Assembly: GCA_012295275.1 (NCBI GenBank)
Contig: CM022676.1
Location: forward strand, 15,500,001 to 15,564,000
Direction of reading: 5' to 3'
Origin: Chrysomallon squamiferum
Taxonomy: Eukaryota > Animalia > Mollusca
DNA length: 64,000 nt
The notes below the pieces were generated by a model. The model did no database searches. It saw only the letters and a program-made list of their open reading frames with translations, and was not told the origin of the DNA. A program made the position numbers and the translations under genes. Shown here piece by piece: positions 63,866 through 64,000 of the stretch (position 1 is the first letter of the stretch; each line of letters starts with the position of its first letter).

Positions 63866-64000
63866 CTGAAATACATATCAAACGAAGCATGATAAAAAGC
63901 CAGTCATTTATTGAACTAACAATTTCATTAAAATTAGTTTTCAAGCTTTATATTTTAGAATAAGGCTAAAACAAAAAGAGTCTTTCTAGGAAATGATGAT

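Overview
Very AT-rich, microsatellite-dense eukaryotic (invertebrate, probably mollusc-like; inference) DNA. Most ORF-track entries are simple-repeat artefacts; the real genes are multi-exon and were reconstructed by hand from GT-AG boundaries and phase. The window is dominated by two convergent (tail-to-tail) paralogues of a scavenger-receptor/Ig-superfamily hybrid: signal peptide-(6-Cys SRCR)n-Ig-Ig-Ig-FN3-(TM). Gene A (+, 9058-~32535) has 9 SRCR units but carries a frameshift, deletions, a dead acceptor and two nonsense codons, and shows no TM exon, so it is a probable pseudogene. Gene B (-, from beyond 64000 to ~42030) shows 6 complete SRCRs plus half of a 7th, 3 Ig, FN3 and a TM exon; it is open except for a phase problem at Ig1. 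Each SRCR is a two-exon cassette flanked by phase-1 introns. They fall into four sequence types (A-D, my labels) arranged as a (D-B-C)n higher-order repeat capped by A, with signs of ongoing duplication, conversion and decay. Also present: a decayed chitin-binding (CBM14)/Asn-Asp-rich gene (-, 3.9-5.2 kb), a frameshifted orphan gene (-, 34.8-35.6 kb), Tc1, Gypsy-type, LINE and tRNA-SINE remnants, a 70-nt near-perfect hairpin and minisatellites. All identities and counts are by-eye estimates.
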